Shown: positions 12,918 to 25,128, numbered from the whole stretch's first letter. The stretch is 63,124 bases of DNA, filler included, from Globobulimina sp. (GCA_003354225.1; 48 parts of 48 records of this genome joined end to end with filler, not necessarily neighbours in it), one strand, 5' to 3'. Translations and numbers: made by a program. The notes: generated from the sequence alone by a model not told the origin.

Positions 12918-13396
12918 AAATATTTATTTATTTTCAATAAACTTTTGTTTTTCTTTAAATTAAGTTACGATGACGACCTGTTTTAATTTGAATGCGAATA
13001 TGTTTTGTTTCTAAGAGTCGAGAAAAAATGATGTAGTGCAAGGATAAAATAAAAATATGGTGCAAGGATACAATTAAAAGNNNNNNNNNNNNNNNNNNNN
13101 NNNNNNNNNNNNNNNNNNNNNNNNTTAATTAATTAANNNNNNNNNNNNNNNNNNNNNNNNNNNNNNNNNNNNNNNNNNNNCTGGGTTATATGTCGGGGGT
13201 GGTCCCGCAGTATTTTGTACATATACAGGTTGAAGCTGCTGTGGTTGTGGCCGTGGTTGCTGTACAACTAACATTACAGTTTGCTGCTGTTGTACTTGTG
13301 GCGTTTCTGTCGGTTTATTCGCCTCATTTATGATTTCTACCTCAATGACCACACCAAAAATCCCATATTTATCAATGGTAAATCGGACTTGAAAAC

Positions 13397-13535
13397 GTTC
13401 TGGGGATTTCGCCCATTAATGTGCTCAAATAATTAGTTCTGGGGATTTCGCCCATTTATGTGCTCAAATAATTAGTTCTGGGATTTCGCCCATTTATGTG
13501 CTCAAATAATTAGTTCTGGGGATTTCGCCCATTTA
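13397..13535. repeat. Tandem minisatellite A, 39-bp unit x ~3.5; two degenerate copies recur at ~14017-14087
   Basis: GTTCTGGGGATTTCGCCCATT(A/T)ATGTGCTCAAATAATTA repeated head to tail. Confidence 0.9.
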
Positions 13536-13761
13536 CAAACAATTAAACAAAGGCGTTAAAAGTCATTAGAACAATTTAATTATAACATATATAGAGGGGC
13601 AACACAGTAGCATTGAGGGTCGATAGACCCCAGAGGCAAGAAACATCGAAGTGAGAATGAAACCCGGTGGCAAGAAACCCAGGATGCAAGTGGCTTATTT
13701 TTTTTTTTTTTTTTTTAATTTTCGGACCTAGAGGTTTTTGAGTGACTCAGAAGTTTTTGGG

Positions 13762-13893
13762 TTCGTTTCTGAAATCCATGTACAAAATTCGTTTCTGAAA
13801 TTCATGTACAAAATTCGTTTCTGAAATTCATGTACAAAATTCGTTTCTGAAAATCATGTACAAAATTCGTTTCTGAAAATTCGTTTCTGAAAA
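13762..13893. repeat. Tandem minisatellite B, 26-bp unit x ~4 plus half-units
   Basis: TTCGTTTCTGAAAT(C/T)CATGTACAAAA repeated. Confidence 0.9.
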
Positions 13894-14013
13894 TCATCCA
13901 ACTGCAGCTCTCAAAGTCCATCCAACTGCAGCTCTCAAAGTCCATCCAACTGCAGCTCTCAAAAAGTCCATCCAACTGCAGCTCCAAAAGTCCATCCAAC
14001 TGCAGCTCCAAAA
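13894..14013. repeat. Tandem minisatellite C, ~24-bp unit x 5
   Basis: TCCATCCAACTGCAGCTC(TC)AAAG repeated. Confidence 0.9.
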
Positions 14014-14498
14014 GTAATTAGTTTTTGGGGTCTCGCCCGTGATGCATTTACAATTAGTTCTAGGGATTTCGCCCGTGATGTATTTACAAAGGAGGTGCGT
14101 TGGAATGGCTCCTTTCTCATTTACAACCAATATCATTGCAGGTCATGTATGTCATGCCTGACTAAGCGGGTGAACGTCATGAATCGTGTCAAGGATCCAT
14201 GGTCAGCTAGCTTAGATTGATGAATGTTTTTATTTTACAAATTAAAATGAAAAACATGTTTGAGTGTAGACTCTGAGACCTGGTTAAATACAAAAACAAT
14301 TGCAACACAATAAAATACAAAACATAGATATATCAATGATGAGTGATTTGTCCATGTATATTTATTTGTTGCCTTTTTCGTGTATATTTTAAAGTCAANN
14401 NNNNNNNNNNNNNNNNNNNNNNNNNNNNNNNNNNNNNNNNNNTTAATTAATTAANNNNNNNNNNNNNNNNNNNNNNNNNNNNNNNNNNNNNNNNNNNN

Positions 14499-15209
14499 TT
14501 TGATATTCAATACCATCATTCGTTAATTCATAATATTGGCCATTTCCATCTTGAGTGTTTGGTGAAATTAAATGAACGGAATTTGTTGGAATAAAATTAC
14601 TTCTTTTTGCTGTCACATTTTGTACCATGTCACTCGCATCAATCCACGGACAACAGTCGTTATCATTACATTCATAATTCCCATCATCACTATTAAATGT
14701 GGTACGTGTTGCCACTGACAAAGTTGATATATCTTGGCAAATCCATCCAACATCGCAAATATAATCCATTTGATTTGTTCGTGGACATATTAATTCCATA
14801 TAATTGCTAACAAAACTATTTGAAGATGGAATAGTAATAGATACGCCACGACAGGCACTGCTCACTGACATACAAAGTAAACTAAATGCATACGGATTAT
14901 TATACGGTGGTGATACATTGGTAGAATAGCATGAAGAAAGAGCATAACAATTTATTTCTAATTTATTTGTATTTGCGCTATAAATATTTGCTGATCTTAA
15001 TGAATTTTTACCTTTTCCATTTAACGTCGATTTAATTGATACGGAGTCCAAATAAAAATCAGACGAATAACAGTCATAATCCAAGTCGCAATCAATAGTT
15101 ACTGTGTTGGCATTGGCTGCATGTAATTCCAAATTATAACATCCTCCGCCATATTGATAATTTATTTCACTGCGACACTCTACGTTTATATTGTTCGTGT
15201 TAGCTAATG
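14499..15209 (-). CDS. Cys/Asn/Ser-rich extracellular repeat protein (eukaryotic, partial)
   Basis: Repeated xIxC...SC motifs (VTIDC..DCY, LEINC..SSCY); the open frame extends up to the dnaG junction. Confidence 0.55.
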
Positions 15210-15716
15210 AAAAGTTACCTTTTCGGCATATCTTCTTAATAGCTTGATCTGGGCGTCTGTAAGTGCTGTTCCCAAAGTAGCAACAACATTTTTTACTCCA
15301 GCCTGATAGAGGCTAATAAGATCAAGATAACCCTCTACAACTATAACTTCTCGCTCTTTCCGGATATCCTCTTTGGTAGTCGAAAGCCCATAAAGCGACC
15401 CACCTTTGTGATAAACAGGAGTTTCAGGAGAATTTATATATTTAACTTCTTCAGCGTTTGCCTTTTCTTCAAAAATCCTCCCTCCAAAACCAATAGTTTC
15501 ACCACTAAGGTTGAAGATCGGAAAAATTATCCGGTTTCTATACCGGTCATAAGCTCCATCACCTGACTTTCGAGGAATAATCACACCAAGCTCTATTAAA
15601 CAATTATAATTTAATTTTTCAACTTGTGCATGCTCTAATAGTGCACTCCAGCTGTCTTTTGCAAGACCTAGCTCAAAACACTCTTTTGTCTCTCCGGTAA
15701 TTCCTCTTTTTAGAAG
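15210..15716 (-). CDS. dnaG: Bacterial DNA primase fragment (chimeric join)
   Basis: YDRYRNRIIFPI, IGFGGR, KYINSPETPVYHKG, VVEGYLD, VVATLGTALT; cut just before the Toprim DxD motif. Confidence 0.95.
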
Positions 15717-16062
15717 NNNNNNNNNNNNNNNNNNNNNNNNNNNNNNNNNNNNNNNNNNNNTTAATTAATTAANNNNNNNNNNNNNNNNNNNNNNNNNNNN
15801 NNNNNNNNNNNNNNNNCCAACTCAATGAATCACTTCTCCATTCATTTTGGGGCTCGGTAAAACATTTTAAATGTATAACAACCACTGCAAGTAAATTAAG
15901 TAACATTCCTTGTGATATTGCCATTTATACACTATTGCATGTAAAAAACCTCAAAGTTTTCAGCTCAGTATTTACATCTCGGTTAATGCCACCCGTATCA
16001 CCCTCTAATACTCTACTTGTACTCGTATAAATACATCATTCTATTAACAATTTTTAAGAAAT

Positions 16063-17034
16063 ATGGTTTTACGTGGCACAAAAACACGTCCGGAACAAGC
16101 AGATTTATTATTTATTCAAAAACATATCGCCCGCCTCAAAATCTTAATTGATTCCTTAGAAGAGCAAGGGAGCGATGTGGAACAAGAGATAACTAATATT
16201 ATCACAGACAAATATAAAACAGTGGTCAGCATTGACCAGTTAAAATCTGGCGGCTCCACTGAATTGACCAAAATTGGACAAATATCACCCAATGTGTCTG
16301 AATCGATAAAAGTATTACTTGATAGATTAGAATTCCTCGAACAAAAACAACAGAGCACAGTCAAACAATTGACTGAAAAACAGGATGAGCTCTCCATTAT
16401 GATTAAGCAGTTTGTTTGTGGCGGTTTTGCCGGTGTTATTGCACGGAGTACAGTAGCACCCATCGACAGAGTTAAATTGATTATACAAACTGCTATGACG
16501 CGCGGCAACATTGAGTCGGGACAAAGAGGTATTATCGGCACAGTGCAACACGAGATTGCCAAAGGTGGGATACGTGCAATGTGGAAAGGCAACTTTACGA
16601 ATTGTATCCGGGTTTTCCCGTATGCTGCCTTGCAATTTGCAACTTATGAAAGATATAAAAGTCATATCGTCGATTATTGTGAAAAAAAGAATCGTTCCTT
16701 TGGATTTGTGGAGAGATTACTAAGGTTTGTCATACATTTTACTGTGCACTTAAATGACGGATAACATAAAAGGCAAACATTTATGTTATTTAAGCGTTTA
16801 AAATGTACGTGATTCAGTCATGCTGACATTGTGCAAAGTGAAATTAAAACAAAAAAACTTTTGAAGCTTACATGTCATGTCAGCGTGTACTGAAGCTATT
16901 TGTAGATCACTTTATATGATAAATACATTTTAGTGGTGCCTGTGCGGGTGCAACCGCCGCCACATTAACCTATCCATTGGATGTTATGAGAGTACGTCAA
17001 GCCGTTTATGACGATATACGCGGACCAACGGACG
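16063..17034 (+). CDS. Mitochondrial carrier (SLC25; CoA/ATP-Mg carrier-like) with coiled-coil N-terminal extension; intron 16725-16933
   Basis: GGFAGVIARSTVAPIDRVKL, WKGNFTNCIRVFPYAALQF; spliced to SGACAGATAATLTYPLDVMRVR. Confidence 0.9.
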
Positions 17035-17145
17035 NNNNNNNNNNNNNNNNNNNNNNNNNNNNNNNNNNNNNNNNNNNNTTAATTAATTAANNNNNNNNNN
17101 NNNNNNNNNNNNNNNNNNNNNNNNNNNNNNNNNNATTAGACACGA

Positions 17146-18352
17146 CCTTTATGTGTGCATCTAACTAATTTTTTAACTTTCATCCAATTCCACTCATACA
17201 TGTCCATAATATGCATCGATTTCTGTCGACTTATACAGATTCCGTTTCTCAAGAAATTTCCTTGCGTTTCCATATAATCCGCAAGAAAAAGGTCAACAGA
17301 AACCAATGCATTTTTTCATTAAAAGCTTGGGGGGCTTTTTTTTAATATCCATATTCCTATTCATTATCATGTAAACCCAATGTGGTTCCATTTACAGCTC
17401 AATACAATTTCAAAATAATTAGTTCTCTGTCCATCAACATAATTATCCATTATTAGATCCACAGTATCCATTAGATGCGATTGGTATGGATTTCGACCGC
17501 TTTACACGCATTCCATCGTTCCATGCTCGATTGTGCGAGTTTTTAAGTGGTCTTGAGATTTTTTAAACTAAATATTAAAGCTTAATCTTAATTGCTGACA
17601 TTTACAACCATGGGAAACGAAAAGCCTGTCTACCAAATCCAATAGACAGAGGACCAATGGAATCTGCGCGACAATTATTGTCAATTAATAAGTGTCGATC
17701 TTTGTATTTGTGATACGTTTTGTTGCATGAAATATTTGTTTGTTTATATGTGTTTAAACAGAATGAAATTATAGTTCTAAACTAGGAAAGTGAGAAGAGA
17801 TTTATTTATGGATGTAATGTAGAAAAAAATGGTAATTTATCTTGGAATTAAAAGGAAAGAATTTGGAAACTGATTGGTTTATATGGACGTATATGTATTG
17901 GATGATGATGATAGAATCTTATGGCAACACTTTTGTAAATGAAAAACTTGTTTGCAAGGTTCTATTTTCAACTTTATAAAATCAATAGATTTGCACATAC
18001 ATCATGCTGCATTTTTTTTAATAATGCTGGATTAAAAATCTCAACACCACTTAAAAACTCGCACAATCGAGCAGGGAACCATGGAATGCGTGTCTTAGCT
18101 TCAAAACACTAAGAAATCAATACCAATCGCATCTAATGGATACTGTGGATCTAATAAAATAATGGATATTTATGTTTATGTTGATGGACAGAGAACTAAT
18201 TATTTATGTTTATGTAAATGGAACCACATTGGGTTTAGATGATAATGAATAGGAATATGGATTATATGGCGACAGAAATCGATGCATATTATGGAGATGT
18301 ATGAGTGGAATTGGATGAAAGTTAAAAAATTAGTTAGATACACATATAAAGT
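17146..18352. mobile_element. Long diverged inverted repeat (foldback-like): arms ~17146-17565 and ~18030-18352
   Basis: ATCTAACTAATTTTTTAACTTTCATCCAATTCCACTCATACAT matches the reverse complement at the contig end; the arms differ by substitutions and indels. Confidence 0.75.
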
Positions 18353-18503
18353 NNNNNNNNNNNNNNNNNNNNNNNNNNNNNNNNNNNNNNNNNNNNTTAA
18401 TTAATTAANNNNNNNNNNNNNNNNNNNNNNNNNNNNNNNNNNNNNNNNNNNNAGTCGCAAAAAAAACAAACAGTGACTATATGTAGTCCTTTGCTTTAAT
18501 CAT

Positions 18504-19670
18504 TTAATTGTAATAAACTTGTGACGTTTGGTAGTGTGGATTTTGGTTGATAGCATTTCTTACTTTGTGCCCTCTCCACACAGCTTGTACTCGCGTAGCT
18601 GCAGCATCAGCGGATAATGGATACACAAATTGCGGCACTTGTTGCTGTTGGACGTACACAGGTTGTTGAGGTGCTTGTGCTACATACACGGGTTGCTGTA
18701 CATATCCAGGACCAGGGCGCATAACTTGATTTTGTACGTACACAGTTTGCAGAGGTACTGGTGCTGGTTGTACATAAACGGGTTGTTGTACATGTTGCAT
18801 AATTTGTGGAGCATATGCTTGTTGTTGAATAGGTTGTGGATTTGCGTGAATCACATTCATGTGTACTGGTTGCAATGGTCCCTCTGCTGGCTCGTCTTCT
18901 GTTGTCTCTTTTGTCTCAACTTCTCCTTTGATATATTTTTTATACACCCATATCGCAAATGGTACAAAATACCAACATATCAGTGCGATATCTAAATACA
19001 ATGTGGTGTAATTACTCTGTTTAACATCGTCAATCTAAATATTACCATGAGTTTATAACATCGGATTTTAACGAATTTGTGAAAATATATAATTACTTAA
19101 CTTGACTGCCTAAAGAACGCATGGCTCTGTTTGTTAAATCATCACTGCACTCCGCTTCGGCAGAAGTAGTGAAAAACCAATGGATATTATCAGTTACAAC
19201 TAAACATAACACCAAAGGAATCATTTTGGCAATTTTGGATATAAAAGAAAACAGTTTTTGAACTTTATTTAAGGTGTTTCTTTCTTGTTCACCTTCGCCA
19301 GGGATACACGGCAAATCATGATCTTTATCACATGCATGCATGAGCATTATCACTGGAATACAAATTCCTAATATTCCCAAACCAAATATACAATTAACCA
19401 CTAATAAGGAGAATTGAAAACCAACAACGCGTCGTAACGGCTTTAAATGCCATACCAAATCTGTAATATCTCCAGACGCACAATCACTTGACCAAAATAT
19501 TTGCCTTCGATACGTTAATTTCCAGGTCACATCAGCACTCGTATTGTAATATTGTATATCGGAATAATCGCCATTGCCCATCAGCCCTCTCCCGCTGGTT
19601 TGCACATCATTTTCATTGTACAGTGATGGCTCATCATACGAATCCCAATAAATAAATCTTGTGTCGTCTT
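18504..19670 (-). CDS. Multi-TM membrane protein with Pro/Gln-rich tail and C-terminal IQ motif (5'-partial); intron 19035-19101
   Basis: Hydrophobic helices; QQPVYVQ repeats; AATRVQAVWRGHKVR is an IQ motif; a 67-nt phase-0 intron joins the ORFs. Confidence 0.75.
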
Positions 19671-19770
19671 NNNNNNNNNNNNNNNNNNNNNNNNNNNNNN
19701 NNNNNNNNNNNNNNTTAATTAATTAANNNNNNNNNNNNNNNNNNNNNNNNNNNNNNNNNNNNNNNNNNNN

Positions 19771-20983
19771 AGAATTTCCGTGGGAGTCCTGCTATTCTGG
19801 TGATGTGGCGACGTGGTTTGGAAAGCAAGAGATTCACATTAATGGCGATGTGGTGATGGCCATAAGGAAAATATATCTGGCTACAAAAAACGTGTCATGG
19901 CTAATACAAACTATGTCAGATCCTCCAGCCTCTATTAACAGAGAGGAAGAGTTGACCGTAAAATATAATTATTGGAATATGAGCTATAGAGTTTGTAATT
20001 TTTTTGATAGAAACTTTGTAAAATTGAATGGTTTCTATACCATTTATAATGTAATACCGCCAGATGAAAGTGCAGGAATTGTAAATTCATCAATTTATAC
20101 GAATGCCATTGGCTCCTTAGTGTTGAAGTGGTGTTTAAATATTTCAAATGTATTAAATGAATATGGTTATAATGTGGATATTGATCAAAATAAAATCAAT
20201 CATTGGAATGATATTATCGCCAATTTATATTTGCCAATGACAGATACTTCAAAATTGAATGCAAACAATACAATACCAAATGATACATTTATTCATTTAG
20301 AATACGAACAGTATGATGGTCAATATGTAAATCAAGCGGATGTTGCTTTGTTGCAGTATCCGTTGTATTATTTTAATGATAAAACATATGGAATATTTAT
20401 TGATTTTAATAAAACAATTTTAATTTATGATTTGTTGTATTATGAACTTAAAACTCAACAAGGAAATTCTGCTCATTTTTTTACGGGAAACAGTGCGTAT
20501 TCCATTGCCTGGTTAAAAATGAATAATATTTCAAGTGCACAAATATTTTTTGATAAAGGATTTCAACATATGGATAGTGATTATTTTTATATCTTTGTTG
20601 AAAAGGCCTCCTCAGACGGCGGACATTTAAATTTTTTAACTGGAATTGGCGGATTATTACAAAATGTATTATTTGGTTATGGCGGTTTAACACTGACGCC
20701 AAAGTATGCCTATTTCAATCCAGTTTTGCCATTATTATCAGCCACAAATATTACAAATATTAAATTCCATTCATTAAATTATAAAGGTATCCAATTTGGA
20801 ATGGATTATGATGAAAATCAGATTAATATTGCATTGCTTGATGATAATTCTAATATTTTATATATCGAGACATTAGTCATTGATTACCAGAATAATCGAA
20901 TAGTTGTCAATAAAACATATAAACTATCATTTCCGGATAATATTAATATAACTTTTAGCGTCACAACTTTTAGGATTTCCTAA
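19771..20983 (+). CDS. GH65 glycoside hydrolase (PGGHG / acid-trehalase-like), 5'-partial
   Basis: FPWES, EIHINGDV, VIPPDE, N..YTN, VNQADVALLQYPL and NFLTGIGGLLQ.VLFGYGG motifs. Confidence 0.9.
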
Positions 20984-21204
20984 CTCTTNNNNNNNNNNNN
21001 NNNNNNNNNNNNNNNNNNNNNNNNNNNNNNNNTTAATTAATTAANNNNNNNNNNNNNNNNNNNNNNNNNNNNNNNNNNNNNNNNNNNNGGAAAAAAAAAA
21101 AAAAAAAAAAAAAGCAAAAAAAAAAAAAGAAATAACAAACGAGAATTAATTGAAACACATCCAAATCACACTACAAAAAACATAAAAATCTGCTAAAAAC
21201 TTCC

Positions 21205-22220
21205 TTATTTTGCAGCAGCTTCACTGACTAAACTATGTACCCTTGCTCTCCAATCCATTTTCTTTCCAGTTTTTGGTAAAAATCTTCGCATATTTTTAAA
21301 AGTAGAATCATGCATTTGCACATAAAACTGATCCAATCTTTTCTGAAAGGCATTCTCCAACGTTGTTATTGTACCTATTACGGCCTTCGCTGTACTCTCT
21401 GGATCCTAAACAACACACATTCCATATATGCGAATTTGCGACCAACACACACAAAAAAACAAAAAAAACTTAACCGACACCTCCACTTCGCCCTGTTCAT
21501 TAAAAGTGGAGTTTAATTGAACATTGCCATCCTCAAAATAATGCACATTAATTCTGATTCTTCCATCCAACTTAATCACGCCGGGCTTACTCACATTCAA
21601 CGTCCACTCAGATTGCCAGCCGCCCGTCCAATAATTGTTGGGATTCAAATTCTTGAACGAGATCACGATCGCGATCTGTCCGCTGGGCGACACATAGACG
21701 CTGCCAACGCCCGAAGCCACGCTGTTTGGACTGCTGCCATCCTCATAAAAACCCGATAAATACTCACTCAACACACCCGATATGGCGCTGCGATATTCTT
21801 CATTCTTTCCTGTACCTACTAACCCGGAGGCGTCTGACTCGGAGGTTATTTTCTGAGTTGTGAGGGGTGTGTGTTGTGGTGGCGTTTTATGCGAATTTGC
21901 GTGTGTATGGAATCACATACTTGTTCAACCGGGTTGACGGTACAAACTATTTTCTTGTCAGGATGCAAGTATTTGTTTGGCTCAACCTCGGCTTGCGGAC
22001 AGCAGATCACTTTGGTTGCGTTGGCACCGGATACGATTTCAAATCGACGTTTGTTATATTCAGTCATGGATTCTTGTAACCAGTTATCGGAGATGATACT
22101 CGATGGTTTCACCACGGCGCGTAAATCTTTTACGATGTCATGAACTTCGCCATGAGGGGTCACGTACAAAAAATGTCGCGCTATTTTCGCTTTTTGGTCT
22201 GGCGTATAATCATCCGCCAT
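21205..22220 (-). CDS. CAPZA: F-actin capping protein alpha subunit, complete; introns 21853-21920 and 21406-21474
   Basis: PHGEVHDIVKDLR, NYWTGGWQSEW, VHYFEDGNVQL, FKNMRRFLPKTGKKMDW; both GT-AG introns restore frame. Confidence 0.95.
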
Positions 22221-22406
22221 TTTGCTTTTTTTTTTGGTTGTTTTTTTTTATATTAGTTTTGGCCGAGGATGGTCGAAGGACTTCAGAAAAAACTCTTTAC
22301 TTAATTNNNNNNNNNNNNNNNNNNNNNNNNNNNNNNNNNNNNNNNNNNNNTTAATTAATTAANNNNNNNNNNNNNNNNNNNNNNNNNNNNNNNNNNNNNN
22401 NNNNNN

Positions 22407-23270
22407 GTGAGATGCAAAGCAGTGAACAAAGGCATTAAAGCCGCCGATGAGAAGGTGCCATTTGACCCAAATGCACCGGGAATTGATATGTTGATATTAT
22501 CGGCAGTCGAAGATTTGGCCCAAACTGCGGATAAACGCAAGGAATTAATTAAGAAAACAACAACAATGTTGGACCGATTAATGACATTTGACAAAGACGA
22601 AAATGTCAATGAAATGATTGAGATTTTGGCTGAATTTAACAAAGAAATGGCCCGAAGACAGCAAATCTTATTATTAGAATCATGGATGGCCGAAATGGCG
22701 TTCTTTGAGCAATACGGAGCCACCGATAAACTGCGCAAATTGCTCCAAGTAATGATTTACCAAAATGAGGAGAAACGAGCAAAGAAAGCAGAGGCAAATG
22801 GTGATAATGATGAGGAAGCGAAGGAACCGCAATCCATGAAAGCAACGTTCTTGCCATGGAATGAAATGATTGAGATGGGATATGACAAAATCGAGCAGTT
22901 AAAAATCGATGAAGTTATCAAGAAACTTGAACCAAAAAAGATCAGCCCCAAAGTAGCGATCTTTGGTCAACGAAGTGGTAAAAGATGCCCTCACGACAAG
23001 AAAACGAATGGATGCATTGACAATCTGTACAATGGATTCTGTGGCGAAGGATGGCATATTAACGGAATTTGTGGAATGTACAAACATCTCCCAAACCCAT
23101 TACGGAACAGAAAGAGAAAGTGGCCGCAAAATGCAAATGCGCCCAATAATGGCAATTGGAATGAAAGTCAGGGGCCGCAATATCAACAACCAGCATATTC
23201 TGCGCCCGCACCACCACCAGACAGATATTTGCAGCCTCAACAGCCGCAAAGGAGAAGAAATAGAATGTGA
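22407..23270 (+). CDS. Hypothetical coiled-coil protein with a Cys/His cluster and Pro/Gln tail (5'-partial)
   Basis: 287-aa open frame; CPHD..GC..FC..WH..C..H cluster. Confidence 0.55.
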   Translation: MRCKAVNKGIKAADEKVPFDPNAPGIDMLILSAVEDLAQTADKRKELIKKTTTMLDRLMTFDKDENVNEMIEILAEFNKEMARRQQILLLESWMAEMAFFEQYGATDKLRKLLQVMIYQNEEKRAKKAEANGDNDEEAKEPQSMKATFLPWNEMIEMGYDKIEQLKIDEVIKKLEPKKISPKVAIFGQRSGKRCPHDKKTNGCIDNLYNGFCGEGWHINGICGMYKHLPNPLRNRKRKWPQNANAPNNGNWNESQGPQYQQPAYSAPAPPPDRYLQPQQPQRRRNRM

Positions 23271-23724
23271 TTGAAAAAAACAGCAAATAAAAAACATCTT
23301 TTTTTGATTGTAAACGATAAAAAGCAACATCAAATATCGTTTATTATCTTGTGGTTGTGTACATGTTTATGTTTGTATACATTCTGTGTGTCGAAACAAT
23401 GCAATTATCGACATTTATAACACTTGCTTTCTTTTTTATTAATTGCATTAATTATATTTAATTATAACTCATTTTTTCAATTTGCTTAAATTATACAGAA
23501 TAGAAAATATAAGAGTCAACACCCCGCAGTCGCAACAAACCCGACAGTAAGGAGTTTTTACAAAGAGTGGGAACAGCAAACCCCCCCTAAAAGTCCACCA
23601 AAATGGCACCTACCCACTGGTAAGNNNNNNNNNNNNNNNNNNNNNNNNNNNNNNNNNNNNNNNNNNNNTTAATTAATTAANNNNNNNNNNNNNNNNNNNN
23701 NNNNNNNNNNNNNNNNNNNNNNNN

Positions 23725-24120
23725 CATCGCAAGATCCTGGTAGTCGATGGTCGTGTTGGCTTCACTGGCGGAACAAACATTCGAGAGGAACACTGGTTTT
23801 CAACTGCCCCGGTATACCCGGTGCAGTGTCTTCACTTTCGCCTTCATGGCCCGGTGGTTGCTCATTTGCTGGAAGCATTTGCAATAGATTGGTCTTTTGC
23901 GACAGGTGAGTCGCTCCATGGAGATACCTGGTTTCCGAAAATTGTGTCTCAAGGATCCACTTGGGCCCGTGGGATACCTGATGGGCCAGACGAAGATTTT
24001 GAAATTTTACTGGATACTATGGTTGGAGCATTGTCTGTCGCAACTGAGCGTGTCTGGATAGTCACCCCATATTTTTTGCCGGAGCTCCCTCTTATTCATG
24101 CTTTGAATGTAGCGGCGATG
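23725..24120 (+). CDS. cls: Bacterial cardiolipin synthase (PLD family) fragment (chimeric join)
   Basis: HRKILVVDGRVGFTGGTNI (HKD motif), GPVV, DGPD, IVTPYFLP, ALNVAAM; stops where RGV is expected. Confidence 0.9.
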
Positions 24121-24941
24121 AACAAGGAAGGATTCATAGCTACGGTGTTTGGCGACGATTATCATGCCACTTTTTTGGAGAATAACTTAAGCATTTTCCA
24201 ATTGGATTTGGTGCTGTTTGGTGCGACTGGGTTTACGGGGAAGATGGCTGTGGAATATCTGGTGGATGCCTATATTTATAGAAACAGGAATGTGTCGGAG
24301 GAGGATGGTGCGGAGCGAGCGAGGGAAAAGAAATTAAATTTTGGCATTGCGGGCAGGAATAAAGTCAAGTTACAAAATGTGTTGTATGAGATTAAAAGTA
24401 TGGGGAAATACAATGGCATTTGCGACGAGATTGACGCTCGGATTTGTATCATAGAATGTGACTGTTTTGATGTGCAGAGCGTGGAAGCCATGGTGCAGAA
24501 AACCAGCGTGATTGTGAGCACTGTGGGTCCCTTTGCCATATATGCAGAGAATGTGATTGTGGCGTGTTGCAAATATGGCGTTGACTACGTTGATTTGACA
24601 GGTTATTCCTTTTATAAATTAATTATATGGTTCGCTGATTGGTTGATATACATAATATTTAGGTGAATTTGATTGGGTTAAAAGGATGATTTGCAAATAT
24701 GACGCGGACGCAAAACGATCCTCAGCCAGAATTGTGAATTTTGGCGGTTGTGTCGCAGCGTTGACAGATTGTGCAATTTATTCCGGCGTTGAGTTATTGA
24801 AAAAGGAGGTGACGGTGTCGTGTATATCGTGTATCAAACCGGGATGTACAATATCTGGGCACGGCGGTTCTTCGGGAGGTACAGTTGCGTCATGGTTACA
24901 TTCGGTGGAATCGGGTGCGTATAAATATGATCCGCATAATG
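24121..24941 (+). CDS. Saccharopine-dehydrogenase-like oxidoreductase (eukaryotic, partial); intron 24602-24662
   Basis: LVLFGATGFTGK, IAGRN, STVGPF, YVDLTG|E completed by a 61-nt GT-AG intron, SGGT. Confidence 0.85.
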
Positions 24942-25128
24942 NNNNNNNNNNNNNNNNNNNNNNNNNNNNNNNNNNNNNNNNNNNNTTAATTAATTAANNN
25001 NNNNNNNNNNNNNNNNNNNNNNNNNNNNNNNNNNNNNNNNNAGAAATACCAATTAAACTGATTACGTGTAACTGTCATTTGTTTGTTTTTTAGAGTCAAC
25101 AAACCCGAAGATACGCGGTAATTAAAAA

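Noticed and set aside
13397-14013. 24-39-bp repeats as a CRISPR array
   Set aside because: Units are head-to-tail with no unique spacers and no cas genes; they are minisatellites. The ORFs 13802-14011 and 13894-14136 are translations of the repeats.
21091-21128. Poly-A tract as a retrocopy or cDNA tail
   Set aside because: It is on the strand opposite the CAPZA mRNA (a T-rich 3' flank) and the gene retains its introns.
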